Assembly (NCBI GenBank): GCA_964187785.1 | Contig: OZ076409.1 | Span: forward strand, 27,840,001-27,900,000 | Source: Amphiscolops sp. MND2022 | Lineage: Eukaryota | Reading direction: 5' to 3' | Length of the DNA stretch: 60,000 nucleotides | Shown: piece by piece, positions 12,186-22,874 of the stretch | Position numbering within the stretch: the stretch's first letter is position 1 | How the letters are laid out: every line of letters begins with the position of its first letter | Position numbers and translations under genes: made by a program | The notes under the pieces: generated by a model | Database searches by the model: none | What the model was told of the DNA's origin: nothing | What the model saw: only the letters and a program-made list of their open reading frames with translations

Positions 12186-12850
12186 TTTTCAATTTTTTGC
12201 CTACGATCTAAAGAGTACCCCAAGTGGCCAAAGGGTCCCATTTTCAACGTTTTCCTTTTATTGAAAGTTTGATAGCTATATCTGACTAAGGTTCCCACTT
12301 CTGAGTATTTTTTACTTTGGTTTTTGGATATTTTAAATCGAGAAAATTTTATTTTTGAAGTCCAAAAAGTCCTTGTATTTTTTGGCATTGAGATTTTTCA
12401 AACTTTACTAAAAACAGCTTTTCGACATTTAAAATATGTAGCGCTTTTTGATCTCACATGAAGCAATAAAAAAATCAGTAGTGAGGAAAGTGAAAAACCC
12501 GGATAGTAATTGGTTGTTCATAACCCAACTTTTTCATTGTTCAACCTTTCTGGGCTCTGAATGGTCAAGTTGTATACATAGAACAGCAGTTGACCTGAAA
12601 GTTCAGAACCGAAAATGGCCTTACGGTTAATGATATAGACTGAAAATGACGCAAATTAAGTACAATCCATCTGTGGTCTAAAGCTTTTATTTGCAGTAGC
12701 TAGTGGACAACAATTCAGATCAAAGACACCACAGAAAACAATTTAGTTTTTGACACACCCGTTGGACTATTCACAGTACAAATGGGTCAACTTACTTGGC
12801 AAGGCTTCAAATGATAGCTTTACATGACGCAGACTTTGTACTTTAGACTT

Positions 12851-13037
12851 TGAAGTAATTCTAAGATAGGCTTGAGAAAAGAGATTAAGATCAACGTTTA
12901 CTCTAGCTGAAAGTTTACTGTAATGATATCAGCTTTAGGTTAAAGGTTAAGTTGTTGTTAGTAAACAATAATAGGTTCGAACTAAAAATAGCAACGGTAA
13001 TTAATATAGAGAGATTGTTTGTAAACAGTCTACTTCA
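12851..13037 (-). repeat. 3' LTR of element 1
   Basis: Direct repeat of 18627-18813; TGAAGTA...TACTTCA termini. Confidence 0.95.
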
Positions 13038-15036
13038 TTCCCCCTTCTTTGATTGGAGGAGAATCCTCCAATGGGTGTGCTTGTCCGTTGCTGTCCATTC
13101 TATTGTTATGTCCGGTTCTCCGTCCATGGTCTGGTAGTATTTTCTCCGGTGTTCCGTGAGAGGCATGTTGTGCTTCCGGGCGGTTTACTGGTCGACCTCT
13201 TCGCTTTGCTCCGGCATTTCCTCTGAGTATTCCTGTAGTGGTGACAGGTTGAGTCGTCTTGTTGTGTTTCCTGTAATCAGATTGGTTGACTGGGTTGTTT
13301 AATCTAACAATTGGATTTGTATTTGTTAACCTCTTTGACCGGCGTAAGTTAGTATTTTTTGGTTGCTCTATTTCTTCCTCTAATTCGGTACTAGAACTTA
13401 AGTTGCTTGCTAGTTCTAATTCTGATAGATCTAGTTTGTTTTCTATTTTGTTGTTATAAATTGTCACCTTACCGGAGTTATCTCTGATTTGAATTTCTTG
13501 CCCTGATTGTGTCGAGTCTCTTATTGTTTGGTCAATATCGGACTCCGACATTTGGTCTGTATTGATGGTAAGTGTCCCGGTTCCTGCATTGTTTTGTTGG
13601 CCCGGTGTGCTGTCTGGTGTTAGCGGTTTGTTGGTCCGTGGCCTTCCTCTGCCAATTGTGCTTGCCCGTTTGGTGGTGGGCGGTTCTGGGCTGGTATCCA
13701 GATCTTCTTCTAATGGGGATTTTTCGGGGGATTGTTTGGTTTTGTCCTGTTTTCTGGAAAATCTCCCGTCTGGTCCTCTTGGGCCCGTCCCTCTGTTTGT
13801 TGGTTCCTGTTCAAATGTATTAATTGGTTTGCTAATTAATTTACGGTGGATAATTTTATTATCTGAGGTAGTCACGGTATGTTCCGTTCCCGTGACCGCC
13901 GTTTGTAGATGCTCTGAATATGGACTTTCGAATTTTCCCTTTTGATTTTTCCGTTCGAAGAACTGAAACGGGTATTTACTTACCGTTTTTGCTCCTTTTC
14001 TCTTTTGTTTCATTGGTAGATGGTCGGAGCTACCGCCTTCTCCACTGAATGTATATACCTGTAAGGTATCTGGTCTCGCTGAAATGGAATTATTGGTTAT
14101 CAATTTAGTTTTATCTAGTTTCAGCATATTTCCCCATTCCGTATTTGGTTCTCTGCCAAAGTGTAGTTCGAATGCGGATTTTCTTAGCCTAGTGTGTGGT
14201 GTGGTCCGCATCACGTTTAGTGCTAAGTCCAATGCTTTTCCGAATGGTTCTCCGGCTTTTATATTAGTTAAGAGGTTTTCTTTCAAAGTGCGTACTCCTC
14301 TTTCTACTAGGCCGGTTGGGGTGTGAATATACGGTGTCCCGTATATTAGTTTTATGAATTTGTTTCTACAGAATTCTCTAAAGTGTCGTCCGGTAAAGGC
14401 GGTTGCCTTGTCCGTTCTTATCGTTTTTGGTACACCGTTTAGGTTACAGTATTGTTCCAAAAATTTTGTCGCCGTTTCACCGTCTGTGGTTTTGCACAGA
14501 CTGGCGGCTGGCCATTTACTAAACCTGTCCATGGAGAGTAAAATATAAAATCTACGGTTTTGGTCCGTGATTGGTCCGATGAAATCCAATTGGATTTCGT
14601 CGTTCGGTGCGTTTAAGGGAGGTAAGCTATTTTGTTCTGTTCGTGGTATATTAGGTTTAATGTTCTTACCGGAAAGTTTGCACGGTATACAGCTGTCACA
14701 TTTTCGTTGTATGGCTTCCATCAGTTTGGGCCACCAGAAGTGCTTTGCGGAGAGTGTCATTTTGTTGATTGCCGGGTGTCCTTTATGCAGCAAACTTATT
14801 ACGGTTGTTCTCAGGTTGATTGGCACAATGATCTTGTCTTCGAAAAATACCAGCCCATAACGTGTTGATAGCTTTTTTTTGTATGGGGTATACTCATCCG
14901 GAATGTTGTCATACTGTTGACGTTCCAGACAAACGAGTGTCTTCAGCAATTTTGGGTCATTTGTTGTTTCCGTCATAAGTAACTGAAGGTCAGTGGCAAA
15001 TTCTTTTTCCGTTTCGCGGACGGTTTGTTCCAGGTC
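13030..15036 (-). CDS. Integrase portion of element 1 polyprotein (after the in-frame TAG)
   Basis: HHCC (HKGH..CDSCIPC) and DDE (QLDFIGP, RTDKATAF, GLVERG), then a long low-complexity tail; in frame with the upstream ORF. Confidence 0.9.
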   Translation of the reverse strand, partial: DLEQTVRETEKEFATDLQLLMTETTNDPKLLKTLVCLERQQYDNIPDEYTPYKKKLSTRYGLVFFEDKIIVPINLRTTVISLLHKGHPAINKMTLSAKHFWWPKLMEAIQRKCDSCIPCKLSGKNIKPNIPRTEQNSLPPLNAPNDEIQLDFIGPITDQNRRFYILLSMDRFSKWPAASLCKTTDGETATKFLEQYCNLNGVPKTIRTDKATAFTGRHFREFCRNKFIKLIYGTPYIHTPTGLVERGVRTLKENLLTNIKAGEPFGKALDLALNVMRTTPHTRLRKSAFELHFGREPNTEWGNMLKLDKTKLITNNSISARPDTLQVYTFSGEGGSSDHLPMKQKRKGAKTVSKYPFQFFERKNQKGKFESPYSEHLQTAVTGTEHTVTTSDNKIIHRKLISKPINTFEQEPTNRGTGPRGPDGRFSRKQDKTKQSPEKSPLEEDLDTSPEPPTTKRASTIGRGRPRTNKPLTPDSTPGQQNNAGTGTLTINTDQMSESDIDQTIRDSTQSGQEIQIRDNSGKVTIYNNKIENKLDLSELELASNLSSSTELEEEIEQPKNTNLRRSKRLTNTNPIVRLNNPVNQSDYRKHNKTTQPVTTTGILRGNAGAKRRGRPVNRPEAQHASHGTPEKILPDHGRRTGHNNRMDSNGQAHPLEDSPPIKEGGMK

Positions 15037-18000
15037 CTAGCTATTTTGTTCGAGGGCTTGAACTCTTGGGGCGTGTCCCATTTTTATGTACTGCACGCTT
15101 TTTACCCCGATGTAATTTGCCCAGTTAATGGTGGGTACTTCCAGTACCGACGGTGCCAGTTCTGAGTCGCTGGAAATTTCTCCCTCTTCCATAATAATGT
15201 CCTGTTGGTTAACCGGTTCTGCTCTTGATGTTCCCGGTTGATCGTTATTAGTCCGCTGTATGAACCCTCCTCGGAAGTTTTGCGGAGCAGGTGCGGTCGA
15301 TTGCCAGTCTGCGGAGTATTCGTCAGATTGTTGTGGCCGGTTTCGAATTTCCCTGGCCGGGCTTTCTAGTTTCCGGATTATTTCGGAAAGTCTTTCTTCT
15401 ATTTCTCGTCTTTCTCCGCGGAGAAATTTCGGTTCATGGTATTTTTTCCATTTCCCGTTTGAGAGTCGGTATATTCCTGGCTTTACTATATTTCGCCACC
15501 GCTCTATCAGGTCCGTTGTTTCTTGTGAGTTGTCAATTCGCTCCAGGTTGTCCACTGTTCTTGCATCCATTGCTTTAAGATCGATCTGGTTTTGATGAGT
15601 TTTGCTACTTGTTTTGATGCGGTCAATGTTGTTAATGGCGTTTTGTTCACGTGTGCGTTCCGTTGACGGCTGTTTGTTTGCTTTCGTTCCTTTTGACATT
15701 TCGCTGCGCGCTTGTGATTGGACAAGGTGGTTGCTAAGGCAACCAACTTTTGAAACAAATTCGTAGTGCGGTACTATGCTGTTAATTACGTACTCTTCTT
15801 CGTATGCTTCGTCTTGTTGCGGTGGTGCGATTGGATTTCTACTCAAGTAATCCGTCAAAGCTAAATGCTTTCCCGCGATGTGGTTCACGTTAATTGAGAA
15901 GTGTGCTAATCGGTCGAGCCATCTAGTTAAACGGGCGCTGTATGTTTTATTAGAGCGGTTGCGTTTAATTAATGGTTCTAAAGCCTGATGATCGGTCAAT
16001 AGTTTTATCGGTTTACCGTATATATATAAACGGAAATGTTCTAGGCCCCATACAACCGCCAATAATTCTAATTCATTAATGGCGTATTTTTTTTCGGTAT
16101 CCGATAGAAATCTGCTTGCAAATGCTATCGGTTTCAATTCGCCATTATGTTGTTCTTGCCAGAGAGTTGCGCCCAGGCCTTTCGTGCTGGCGTCTGTCGT
16201 TATTGTATTCGGTAGATTGGAGCTGTAGTGTGCTAGACACGGTATCTCCGTGATCTTGTTTTTTAATTGTGTAAATGCTTCGGAGTGTTCTGGTGTCCAG
16301 CTCCATTCATTATTTTTTTTCAATAGTTGTCTCAGCAAGTCCGTTTGGGCTGACAAGTTTTCAATGTATTTTGATAAATATTGGATTGCCCCCAAGAAGG
16401 ATTTTAGTTCCTTTTCGTTTTTTGGTTCTTTTAGTTCTTGTATGGCTTTGAGTTTGTCTTGCAACGGTCTAATACCGTTTTGATCAATTTTGTGTCCCAC
16501 CCATTCTATTTCCGATTTGAAAAATTCGGTTTTGTTTTCGCTTAGTCTGTAACCTGCGTTTTCTAGTTTTGTTAATACGTCTATTAACTCGCGCTTGTGT
16601 TGTTCTTTTGTTCCTTTGGTAACTACTAATATGTCATCTAACCACGCCGGATGTTTGTTTTCCAGTGTTTGGTCGATCTTTTCTTGAAATATGGTCGGAA
16701 TGTCCGCCAAGCCGTAGAAGCCTTTAAGGAATCTATAGTAGCCGGTAAAGTTCCCACCGGTTACCGCAAATATGCATAGGTCCATTGCGTTTTTTGATAA
16801 CGGTAGTTGACCGTATGCATAATCCAAGTCGAATTTCGATATCCATATCTCGTCTGCTTCTCCGTCGGCGATTTTTCTGGATATTCTGGAAATTAATTCC
16901 TCCATATTCGGCATTTGCGCTTTTCTTTTCACGGTAATTTCGTTGAGTTTCCGTGAATCTAAGGCAATTTTTACCGATTTGTCTTTTTTGACTGTGATAA
17001 CGGCTGGGCTGACAAAGCAGTTTTCGTCGATATCGGTAGCTTTTTCAATATGACCGTTCTTCATTAATTTCTCGATTTCTTTACCGACTGCCGGTTGTAA
17101 ATGAATCGGTATCGGTCGGCCTTTCTGTTGTATCAATTTTGCGTCTGGTTTTAGTTGAATGTCTACTTCTATTCCTTTCACGGTTTTGTTCTCGTGAAAT
17201 AGTTTTTTGAATTTGTTTTTCAAATCGATGATATCTGGATCTTTTTGAATGTTTTGGATTTTTAGGTTTGACTTTTCGACATTTACGTTTATTCCCAGAT
17301 GTTTCATCCAGTCTAGTCCCAGTAATGGATTTGTTCTTTTTGTGGTAATCAGTAACTCGAGTTTCTTCTTTTCTCCGTCTATTTCGATGTTTGCCATTGT
17401 TTTTCCTTCGAATTTAATTTTGTTGTTGTTTACGTCTCTGTATTCTTCGTTCAATGGATATATTGTTGTAATGCCGTTGAACTTTTGTTTTGGTATTATG
17501 GTGACCGGTGATCCGCTGTCTATTATGAATTTGATTGGACGGTTGTTGACCAATACCGTCGCCGTGAAGAATGGTTGTCCGTGTTTGGATATTTGTATTG
17601 TTGAATGGATTGTTTTGTTTATTGAGTGTATCTTGTTTGGTGTCCAGTTGTCTTCTTCTGCGCTGGTGGCTTCGGAGTCTTGTTGGATGTGTTTTATTCT
17701 ACGGTCCGAGTTTTGTTTTGATCGGCATAATCTTGCAAAATGGCCGATTTTTCCGCAGTTTAGACACTTTTTTGTTTTCGCCGGACAGTCATGTGATTTG
17801 CTCCAGTTTGGTGCCCCACATCTGATACAGTCTACTTTTCTGAATTTATTTTGTCTTTCTTTTTCCGGCTTTTGGTAGGTTCTTTTTCTATCCACGTGTT
17901 TAATTTTTGTTTCTTCTTCGGAATCTTTCGATTCGTTCATTTTTTCATACATGTATTCGTGTATTGTGTCAGTAATTGCTTCTACCGACATGTCCCCTTT

Positions 18001-18597
18001 CTTTATTTTCTTCTTCAGGTCCTTGGTGTCTGTCGTTTTTCCGATAACGGATAGGAATTTTGATGCCAGCAGTTCTGCCGCTGTTATTTCTTCAAATTCG
18101 CAATTCTTTTCGATTTCTAGAATGCGTTTCCACGTTTCCGCAGCTGATTCTCCTGGTTCTCGTTTTAGGTTGAAGAAGTCTGCTCTACTGTGGTGTTTGT
18201 TCCTCTCGGGGATGAAATGGAGTCTGAATAGTGTATAAAGACGGTACAGTGGTAGAGAGTTTGGCTCTCTCTCTCTTACCGTCTTTGTCATTTCCGTGAT
18301 TGCTGATTGGCCAATCGCCCATATGAATACGTCTTTAATTTCTTCCTCCAACTGCTCTCTAAATTGTGGCAGTATTTCTTTGGAGTTAGTCATTTTCGAC
18401 AAGTCGATTTCTCGGGTCATTTTAATGTATTGGACGAATTTTCTCCACCATAGCTTTGCACTGGTGTGATCATTCTTTTCGAGGATCGGAATGGGTAGCT
18501 TTTGTGTTGCTGTCCGTTCAACCGATCTCGTCGTTGTGTTGTTTGGAAGGGATTGGCTGTTACTCTGTCCAGTAATGTTGCCTTCTTCGTCTTCCAT
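15037..18597 (-). CDS. gag-pol polyprotein of element 1 (Gag with two Zn knuckles, protease, RT, RNase H)
   Basis: CIRCG..HDCPA..CLNCGKIGHFARLC, FIIDSGS, HPAWLDDI, TDASTKGLGA, TDHQAL. Ends in a TAG that is in frame with the integrase ORF. Confidence 0.93.
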   Translation of the reverse strand: MEDEEGNITGQSNSQSLPNNTTTRSVERTATQKLPIPILEKNDHTSAKLWWRKFVQYIKMTREIDLSKMTNSKEILPQFREQLEEEIKDVFIWAIGQSAITEMTKTVREREPNSLPLYRLYTLFRLHFIPERNKHHSRADFFNLKREPGESAAETWKRILEIEKNCEFEEITAAELLASKFLSVIGKTTDTKDLKKKIKKGDMSVEAITDTIHEYMYEKMNESKDSEEETKIKHVDRKRTYQKPEKERQNKFRKVDCIRCGAPNWSKSHDCPAKTKKCLNCGKIGHFARLCRSKQNSDRRIKHIQQDSEATSAEEDNWTPNKIHSINKTIHSTIQISKHGQPFFTATVLVNNRPIKFIIDSGSPVTIIPKQKFNGITTIYPLNEEYRDVNNNKIKFEGKTMANIEIDGEKKKLELLITTKRTNPLLGLDWMKHLGINVNVEKSNLKIQNIQKDPDIIDLKNKFKKLFHENKTVKGIEVDIQLKPDAKLIQQKGRPIPIHLQPAVGKEIEKLMKNGHIEKATDIDENCFVSPAVITVKKDKSVKIALDSRKLNEITVKRKAQMPNMEELISRISRKIADGEADEIWISKFDLDYAYGQLPLSKNAMDLCIFAVTGGNFTGYYRFLKGFYGLADIPTIFQEKIDQTLENKHPAWLDDILVVTKGTKEQHKRELIDVLTKLENAGYRLSENKTEFFKSEIEWVGHKIDQNGIRPLQDKLKAIQELKEPKNEKELKSFLGAIQYLSKYIENLSAQTDLLRQLLKKNNEWSWTPEHSEAFTQLKNKITEIPCLAHYSSNLPNTITTDASTKGLGATLWQEQHNGELKPIAFASRFLSDTEKKYAINELELLAVVWGLEHFRLYIYGKPIKLLTDHQALEPLIKRNRSNKTYSARLTRWLDRLAHFSINVNHIAGKHLALTDYLSRNPIAPPQQDEAYEEEYVINSIVPHYEFVSKVGCLSNHLVQSQARSEMSKGTKANKQPSTERTREQNAINNIDRIKTSSKTHQNQIDLKAMDARTVDNLERIDNSQETTDLIERWRNIVKPGIYRLSNGKWKKYHEPKFLRGERREIEERLSEIIRKLESPAREIRNRPQQSDEYSADWQSTAPAPQNFRGGFIQRTNNDQPGTSRAEPVNQQDIIMEEGEISSDSELAPSVLEVPTINWANYIGVKSVQYIKMGHAPRVQALEQNS

Positions 18598-18626
18598 TGT
18601 AGTTCTTTAAATTGTTGACTGCGCCA

Positions 18627-18813
18627 TGAAGTAATTCTAAGATAGGCTTGAGAAAAGAGATTAAGATCAACGTTTACTCTAGCTGAAAGTTTACTGTAAT
18701 GATATCAGCTTTAGGTTAAAGGTTAAGTTGTTGTTAGTAAACAATAATAGGTTCGAACTAAAAATAGCAACGGTAATTAATATAGAGAGATTGTTTGTAA
18801 ACAGTCTACTTCA
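18627..18813 (-). repeat. 5' LTR of element 1
   Basis: Direct repeat of 12851-13037; followed on the minus strand by the PBS. Confidence 0.95.
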
Positions 18814-19243
18814 GACTTGAAATCGAATTTTGCTCTTTAGACATTGCTCTCAGCTTCAATCGAATTGGTGAAAAGTAAACCAGTTCATGTTTGTTACACT
18901 CGATGACTGTGATTCTTAAAAGAGTCGAAGTTTTAACACTTTTTAATTGCAAATATTTCAGCCGCTTGAATCGTAAGCATTAAAAGTTACTTTAGATCTC
19001 AAAATGGGCTCAACAGGAATAGAAAGCCTGCGATGTGTGGACTGAATCAAGAGGACCACCCTTTGGCGAAGATTTGTTTGAAAAAAATTGCACTCCTGTT
19101 CGAAGTTTTTCATTCAGGGTTTTATCTTTGCGTCGTTTTCATTTCAATCATTTTTCAATTTAACTAATTTCCAATGATACTCGTTGCTGTTAACCTGAGA
19201 CATTTAAGGCTGGTTCATTGATTACAAGTCACAATCTAAGTAA

Positions 19244-19739
19244 ACAAGACGGGAACGTTTAAAGTCGGCGCTATATCTAAGGCTCAAAAAGCGAAAAAGA
19301 ATCTTTTTTGAAAAAAACTTGAATTTTTCTGAATTTTTTCTTTCAGAAAATGTCGCATAGTGCCGAAAAATGTAAAAGGGGGATCCTTTGGGCTTTACTA
19401 ACATATATTCTCTTGCAAAATATCAAAAAACTCGAAAGGGGGGCTCTTTTGAGACATAAGAAAAATCGAAAAAAGTCGCACAATGCCGAAAAAATTGAAA
19501 GGGGGGCCCTTTAGTCTCGTCCGGTTTTGTAGGTTACGTTAAAAAAGTAAAAAAATGAAAGGGGGACCCTTTTGCACTAATTTCCGCTGACCGGAATTGG
19601 CCATATGGTAGTAGTTTTAGTAGTTTCGATTGTAAGAAAAGTGGCCCAATCAGAGTGGTTGTAGTCTGACGAAAAAAAAAAGAAAAACTAGCCACTGTAG
19701 TAGTCGGGCTCTTTTCACTAGAAAAGCGCCGACTAAAAA
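19244..19739 (-). mobile_element. HINE copy 3
   Basis: Reverse complement of family termini: ACAAGACGGGAACGTTTAAAGTCGGCGCT ... AGCGCCGACTAAAAA. Confidence 0.75.
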
Positions 19740-19790
19740 CTCTTGAGTAAAGGCACTCTCCAAGTGGGCCTTGGTCAAAATGATTACAAG

Positions 19791-19955
19791 AAATTTCGTC
19801 GTCGCAAATTTCGTCGTCGCAAATTTCGTCGTCGCAAATTTCGTCGTCGCAAATTTCGTCGTCGCAAATTTCGTCGTCGCAAATTTCGTCGTCGCAAATT
19901 TCGTCGTCAGAAAATTGGTCGTCAGAAATTTCGTTGTCAGAAATGTCGTCGTCGG
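19791..19955. repeat. 15-bp tandem array (AAATTTCGTCGTCGC), 11 units
   Basis: Seven perfect units followed by four diverging ones; no unique spacers. Confidence 0.95.
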
Positions 19956-20417
19956 TAGTTACGTTCTATTAAACTTCGCATTTTATCTAATCTACTAGGA
20001 ATAGTCCACTATTATTGAGTCTTAATAGTTATCGAGTCTTGATAATTATCTTAATAATTGTGGGAGGCTCTATGGTTTAAGCAACGGCCAATTTTGTGGC
20101 CATAGAGTGTCCAAGGCCTGAATTCAGGTTAGCCATAGAGTGGTACTACAAAAAGTCATATATAGGAAACTTCCAGCATTACGGAAAGGTATTCATTCAA
20201 AAGCAATCCGGAAATGATTGCCGCATACACTTGCGCAGCCTCGTCGCATAGGCGGAACAGGTAAATAACGATGACGTAATTAGACACTCTCTGGCTAGTG
20301 ACGTCATCAACATTCCCAGCCATAACACTACCTGTGTGACGTAATCAGACAACTGTAATTTATACAAAGCCGCCGCATGACATAACGTTCATTTCATAAC
20401 TTCATTCAATACAAATC

Positions 20418-20508
20418 ATTGCGTTCGTTTTCAATTTTTATTCAGAATTTTTAAAATTCCTATAATCACTCTTTGTTCACCTTTTGGTTACATATAGACA
20501 CGTGATGG
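20418..20508 (+). repeat. Left inverted repeat flanking the tyrosine recombinase gene
   Basis: ATTGCGTTC.TT.TCAAT ... CACTCTTTGTT-cacctt-TTGGTTACATATAGACACGTGATGG; inverted partner at 22875-22949. Confidence 0.85.
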
Positions 20509-22751
20509 CTAGTATACTTAGATCTGGTCGAATCCTGAAAAATTCACCGGAAAAAGAATTAGAACAATCAGAATTGCGAGAATCTAGTCCAGAAAACTTA
20601 AATTTAGACCTCAGTTTCGGTTTATCAGCACCAGGGCCTCTTACACAGGCAATTATAGACGATTTAGCTGGGTCTGAGTCCACCATGCGAGTGCTCGACG
20701 ATATCATCGAAAATGATTTCCTCCTGTTTTCCCCTAAAAAAAACAGACGATGCCCCCCTTGAAGCCACCCAAAGTCGTGAGGAGATACCCCCCGAAAAAT
20801 CGGAGACCGAACAAGGGCCCTCAACGCTACCGGCGGAACAAAAAACAGTAAAACGCGGAATCAAGCCAAAACAATCTGATGAAATTCAGTGTCCAATCTG
20901 TCCAAAAAAAGTGAAATTTCTTCGTCAGCATTTAGTCAAGAGCCACAAATGGACCGGTATCCCCCTACGTTTCATTTTGAGTGTGTTTTCTACTAAAAAT
21001 GCCAAAAGTCCGGTGTATGAATGCGCAGAATGTGTATACCGTTTCACTCATCGTCAGCGACATTTGAGTCAATTCCCTCAACATTCAATCAAAAACATCA
21101 CCCGAGACAATTGCAATGTATTTCCAGCCGAAATCATCAAATACATGAAAGAAAAAGGTGTCCTATCCGAGAAGGGCGGCGAAATGCTGAACAAATATCG
21201 CGATTATTGTATCGAAAAAATGAAACGGCCACTTGCAAATTTCCAATTCGACGCAATTTCAAAGTTTTTTAGAGGCACACACAGCATGAAAAGACCTGAA
21301 CTAGTTGGGAAAAGTCTTGATGATTTGAAAAAAGATCGCCAATATACTTTCAGCTCAGTACGAAAAATTTGTTTTGACATCAAACAGTTCATAAAGTGGA
21401 TGAATGCCGGGCATCAAAAATCTTATCGTATAAACAAGGTCAGTTTTGACGACTCGATCAATTTGTGGCTCAGTGAGACTTCTAAGGATTGCCTTAAAGA
21501 ACAGTCAAAGCGAAAACAGGAACGATTTGCACAAATTCCTACCATGGAATCACTTTGTGAGATCCAAGACAAGGTGGAAACTTTCATTGAAAATAAATTA
21601 GAATTAGACTCTCGATGGCATACAATGACCGTATTCGAAAAATTGTCGCTGATGTTATTCCAAATTCACTCACGGGCCAATTGCCGTGTGGGTATTTTGT
21701 TGTCTTTTACGACTGAGCAACTTGACGCATATGAACCAGGGACCTTTATTTGCTCGAATGACCATAAAACCGGAAGTTTATTCACCAACTACGCCTATAT
21801 AACAGCTTTTGAAAAGAAAGTTTTGCAAGAAATTCACAGTGAATACGAAGAAAAAGACGGTATCAAACCGACAACAATTTTTCCCGGCCATGATGATAAT
21901 GAATTCACGTCGCAATCGGCCACAATCAGCCGTCTAATGAAAAATTTATTTGGCAAAAAAGACGAAAAATTCAACCCGAATTCATGCAGAAAAGTTTGGG
22001 AGACTTTTTATGAGAAAAACAAGCAAAAAATTCCGACAAATCTCCGCAAAATATTCTAGGCTAATTCGGCACACTCTGAGAAGACGCGTGAGAAACACTA
22101 TGTTGTTCCACCAACAGATAATGAGTTACAAAATTTATTCGATGCGACAAATGATATCCGTATTCAATTTCGAAAAAAACGCGCCGAAAAACAATCAGAA
22201 ATACAATTGACAGTTCCCAGTACTGCTTCTGAGGATGCCGCCGAAAATCTTGAAGATGAGGATGATCCTCAAACTGAATTAATTGCTTCTTCGTCAAAAA
22301 ACTTTGTCCAAAACAGATCAAGTGAAAACTGGTCAGAAAGATGCAAAACGGAAAAAAGTTTCAAAAAAGAATAAAAATCGGGACTCCGAAACAGATCAGG
22401 ATTCTGAAAGCAACAGTAATGATAACGACGAAGAATTTCAACCCCCCCCCCCCCCGAAATGCAAAAGTTGTCAAAATTGAAGATACAAACATTAAAACAA
22501 GATTGAAAAATGAGGAATTATATGATGAAATTGCCAAAAGACTTTTGAAATTCAGTAACAGAAAGTCTTTCCCGTTGGAATCACAGTATAAAAGAGCTTG
22601 TCGAATGGTGGCTTCAAAGAGAGCAAAGTTGTCGAAAGGCAACGTAAAAGACATCGTAAACGAATTGAAACTAAATGAGGAAGACACTGCTTTTGTTTTC
22701 AAAAAAGTTTATTGTAAGCTGGTTAACGTTTACGCTACTGTAAAATTTTAG
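20505..22751 (+). pseudogene. Tyrosine recombinase with N-terminal C2H2-type zinc fingers, interrupted by one stop and homopolymer frameshifts
   Basis: CPICPKKVKFLRQHLVKSH and CAEC..H fingers. Catalytic-type motifs in order: ANCRVGIL (R), DHKTG (K), PNSCRK (xxxR), then past TAG 22057-22059 AHSEKTREKHY (H...Y, Tyr at 22099-22101). Frameshifts in an A run near 20740, near 22300 and in the C run at 22442-22455. Confidence 0.8.
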
Positions 22752-22874
22752 TCTGTACATAGATAATGAGTGACTCTGTTACTGCTGGTAATTACTGGAT
22801 AGTTTTGGATTGCCTAAATCAGAGTTTTCAGTTACTTTGTTGAATTGAAATTTGAGCCGCCGAAATCTCTTAAA

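Larger units (their letters stand above)
12851..18813 (-). mobile_element. Full-length Ty3/gypsy (Mag-like) LTR retrotransposon 1
   Basis: 187-bp TG..CA LTRs at 12851-13037 and 18627-18813, identical by eye; TSD GACTT on both sides; PBS TGGCGCAGTCA; PPT AAAGAAGGGGGAA; domain order gag-PR-RT-RH-IN. Confidence 0.97.

Noticed and set aside
17249..18238. Long antisense ORFs over gag-pol (also 24729-25463, 28512-29192, 39963-40595)
   Set aside because: Shadow frames caused by A-rich codon bias of the retrotransposon ORFs; no domains.
19743..19998. ORFs with KFRRR or NFVVA repeats; CRISPR-like appearance
   Set aside because: These are translations of a 15-bp tandem array; there are no unique spacers or cas genes, and the context is eukaryotic.
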